Below are positions 60,881-64,000 of a DNA stretch of 64,000 nucleotides, piece by piece. The notes under the pieces were generated by a model that saw nothing but the letters and a program-made list of their open reading frames with translations, did no database searches and had not been told where the DNA came from. Source of the DNA: Dipteris shenzhenensis (lineage: Eukaryota); NCBI GenBank assembly GCA_047967505.1, contig CM106538.1; one strand, written 5' to 3'. The stretch's first letter is position 1; each line of letters starts with the position of its first letter. The position numbers and the translations under genes were made by a program.

Positions 60881-63800
60881 CACTACAAGGCACAGGCCTT
60901 TTTCTGATGGAAATACCGATCTTTTTTACACTAAAAAGTTTTTTTTTGATGGACGCAAAGGTTGGTATTTACGTCGCTATTAGCATCAAAAAACGGTCAC
61001 TATATTAGTGTCACTATATATAGCAACACTGGTAAAAGTTGCTATATAGTGACACTAGTAAATGTCGCTATATAGTGATGATTAACATAAGCTTTAAAAA
61101 ACAATATGTGGGGCTAAACAGGGCCACAACAAGCCCTGTTTTGCCCCACTAATGTTTTTTTTAAGTAATTACAAAAGAATTTTTTTTGTTACAAAATTTC
61201 CCTTATGAAAAGGGTGATACAAAATTGCTCAAACGAGCCACATATACATGTCAAAGATATACAACATTGTTTGTTATTACAAAATTACCCTTTCGAAAAG
61301 GGTGATACAAAATTGCTTAAACGAGCTGACATACAGAAGCATATACATGGCGAAGTATATGCAAACTACTACTAATACTACTACTACTACTACTATTACT
61401 ACTCATCTGAATCGTCATCCTTGTCCTCGTTGCGCTGGCCTGAGATCCCTGGCCCTTGTGAACTATGCCTAATCCCTGGCCCTCGTGAGTTGTGCCTAAT
61501 CCCTGGCCCTTGTGGAAGCCTTGTAAGCCTAATCCCTCATCATCACCACTCACCTCCATTGATGGGACATTTGAGTTTTGATTCTAAGAGTGAAACCATA
61601 TTAATTGGAAATTAGATTGGAACTTAAAGAATAAAATAGTTTAAAAAGTGAGATTACAAGTACGAGTAGACTTATACCGTGCGAGTAGCCACCTTAGCCA
61701 AATTAACCGTTGCTCCCAGTGCCTCCTACTCAAAAATAAACCATGGCTTTGTTCCTATGCGAAACCCACGTCTCATCTCTGTGTCTATGGGAAGGTGACC
61801 CATCGCAGCTTGCTGTGGGCCTAATTTACAAGAGCTAGATAAGGTGCATGCAATATGTAGTAAAACAAATAGAATAATACATTAAATGAGAAGAAGTAGA
61901 CTTACCATGGTTGCCTCGAATGCTAACCATCTACTTGCACCAAAGTGCGAAGTACCTATGGAGTCCAGCCATCTCCTCACAGCCCTCCTTTGACCCTCGA
62001 ACAGTTTGGGATGGTCCCTGTATTGCTTCTTGAAAAACTTCCAGTTAGCTTTGTCTGCCCAGCTGGGTTTAGCCTTCCCCTTTGCGATGGAAGTATGCAA
62101 GGTTGACCTCTGATGCTTCAAGAGGACCCCCATGTGCTCTTTCATGTAATCTGAACTCTCAATTTGGGAGGTTAGGATATTATCTTTTCAATTCATCAAT
62201 GATTGCCTGCTTCTTTTGGTCATCTTGGTACCGCCAGTCAGTAGTTATGCTGCTCCTAAAGCGATGGTTTATCAACCGCCTCATGGTGGCCAGCACTGCT
62301 ATTGAGCCCTTTTTATTTTCTATTATCTCTCTAGCAACCATGATTTCATAGGAGAGGTCCTCGGCTGGGTAAGGAGGACTCATGGTAGTGGCAGAGTCAG
62401 AGTGAGCGGTGTTACTGCAAGCGCTTACGGAGTGAGGAGTAGTAGTGGAGTAGGAGAGGGCAAGGGATCTGACTAGTATTGGGTCTCGGGACCAAGTAAA
62501 GACCTATAGGGATGTGAGTATGCTGACTCGTCTACATCTCCTGAGTCAACACAACATAAGCGACCCTTCCTACTCTTCCTTCCCTTATGATGGGCATGCC
62601 CAGGTGATGACCCCTCAGTTGAAGGGGCTAGAGGGGATGGCTGGTGGATAGTAGGTCCAGCCATCGGTGTAGGAGAGGGATTTGTTGAGGTCCTCTAGGA
62701 TAGCAGAGACAAGAATCTCACTGCCTCTGCATCAGTCATCTGTGCGACAAACTTGTCGGGACTCTCGACAAAGCCATGGGCTGCTAGCAAAGGAGTTTCC
62801 CAAGGGGTAGTCACAGTGCTACGTCTGAGAGGAGCCAGGGGTAGTCACAGTGCTATGTCTGAGAGGAGCCAGGGGTAGTCACAGGGGTAACTCAGGGGTA
62901 AACCCCTGAGGTGTCGCCTGACTAGATTCAAAGTCATCTGGAGAGTAGAGAGCATGATGTCTCCTTCTACGAGGGTTTTTGTACTCGTTGGACGTGCGAC
63001 ATGATCCCATGTCTAATTTGGGGGTATTGGACAAACATAGACACAAACACAAAGATAGAAAACAAAAAACCAAAAACAAGAGCGGGTAAGAAGCGGATAG
63101 ACAATTAATTACTTAAGACGATTATGAAATTCAAACTTAAGAAATTATGAAAAGGCAATTAATCACTTGTGAAAATTATGAAATGACATCAATGCAAAAA
63201 GGATAAACATGAAAGAAGGATTATTTACTTAAGACAATTATGAAAAGCTAGTTTTGAAATGACTAATATTTATGAAAGACAAGTGGAATCCAATGAGATT
63301 TTCATATATATATATATAAATTAGAGACCAAAAGCACGTCTCCAAAATTATGTATATAAAAAATATGTCTCCAAAAGTATGCTTAAGCAAAATTTGTCTC
63401 CAATATAGGTCAACTACTCTGTGTTACTGTTTGAGGTGCTTTCCTCCTCCGTACTGCTAGGTGGGTCACTGGGGACCTCATCCTCCACCTCTTCTAATAT
63501 GCGATCATGCTCTTCAGTGATTATGTACTCGCAATCCACGAATGCCTCCACACAATCCATTATGTCCTTTACACGATCATATTTGAGGCTCCACCGGTTG
63601 TGGTAGTCTCTCTACAACCTACGAAGATTCCATAGATTGTGTCGTGCATTCCTCAATCGCCCTTGCTCCACTACCCTTCGGCTTCAACCCCACCTAGAAG
63701 CAAGCACCCCCACGTTGTACTTCACCTAGTCACTCTCTTGTGCAATCTTCTCTTTTACATGAGCTAGCAGAGAAGCTATGTCTATAATCCCTACAACGTG

Positions 63801-64000
63801 GGGAACCGGGTTGGGGTTTAGGGAGGACACCCATGGGTGAGGGCTAAGGAGAATCTGTTTGAAAAAAAAAAAAACCAAATACGGCTAAGGAGCATGTGAA
63901 AAAAGAAACGAATATGAATAAGAAGAGGGGAAAAGAAGAGAAGCATAAACATAAGCATAAGCATAAGAGAAGCATAACCATATGCATAAGAGAAGGAAAA
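60881..64000. mobile_element. CACTA element of the same family as 30720-39250; runs off the window end
   Basis: CACTACAAGGCACAGG terminus, GCTATATAG subterminal repeats, collinear homology of ~60900-63100 with ~30740-32900. Confidence 0.92.

Overview
Repeat-rich eukaryotic land-plant DNA; a large-genome fern-like lineage is my guess only. There are two host genes: the terminal exon of a PRCC-like gene (8157-8315) and an intronless AP2/ERF (DREB-type) gene (27149-27862). The rest is largely nested transposons: Ty3/gypsy elements (1-5543, ~10920-16385, ~19740-21240), a decayed piggyBac-like transposase, three related CACTA elements, a young non-autonomous LTR element (46167-48727) and a Sola1/DUF7869-like transposase. 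The piggyBac-like gene is split by a complete CACTA (30720-39250) and by a second DNA transposon. That second element (39870-45732) is the standout. It has 29-bp TIRs beginning CATTAGG and no visible target-site duplication. It carries a decayed spliced transposase with the RAG1/Transib core motif series, a divergent histone H3-like gene with a very long N-terminal tail, an unknown spliced ORF and a central hairpin. A 662-bp element with the same CATTAG termini, a central hairpin and no TSD sits inside a gypsy RT gene (14258-14919), suggesting a family that has been mobile.
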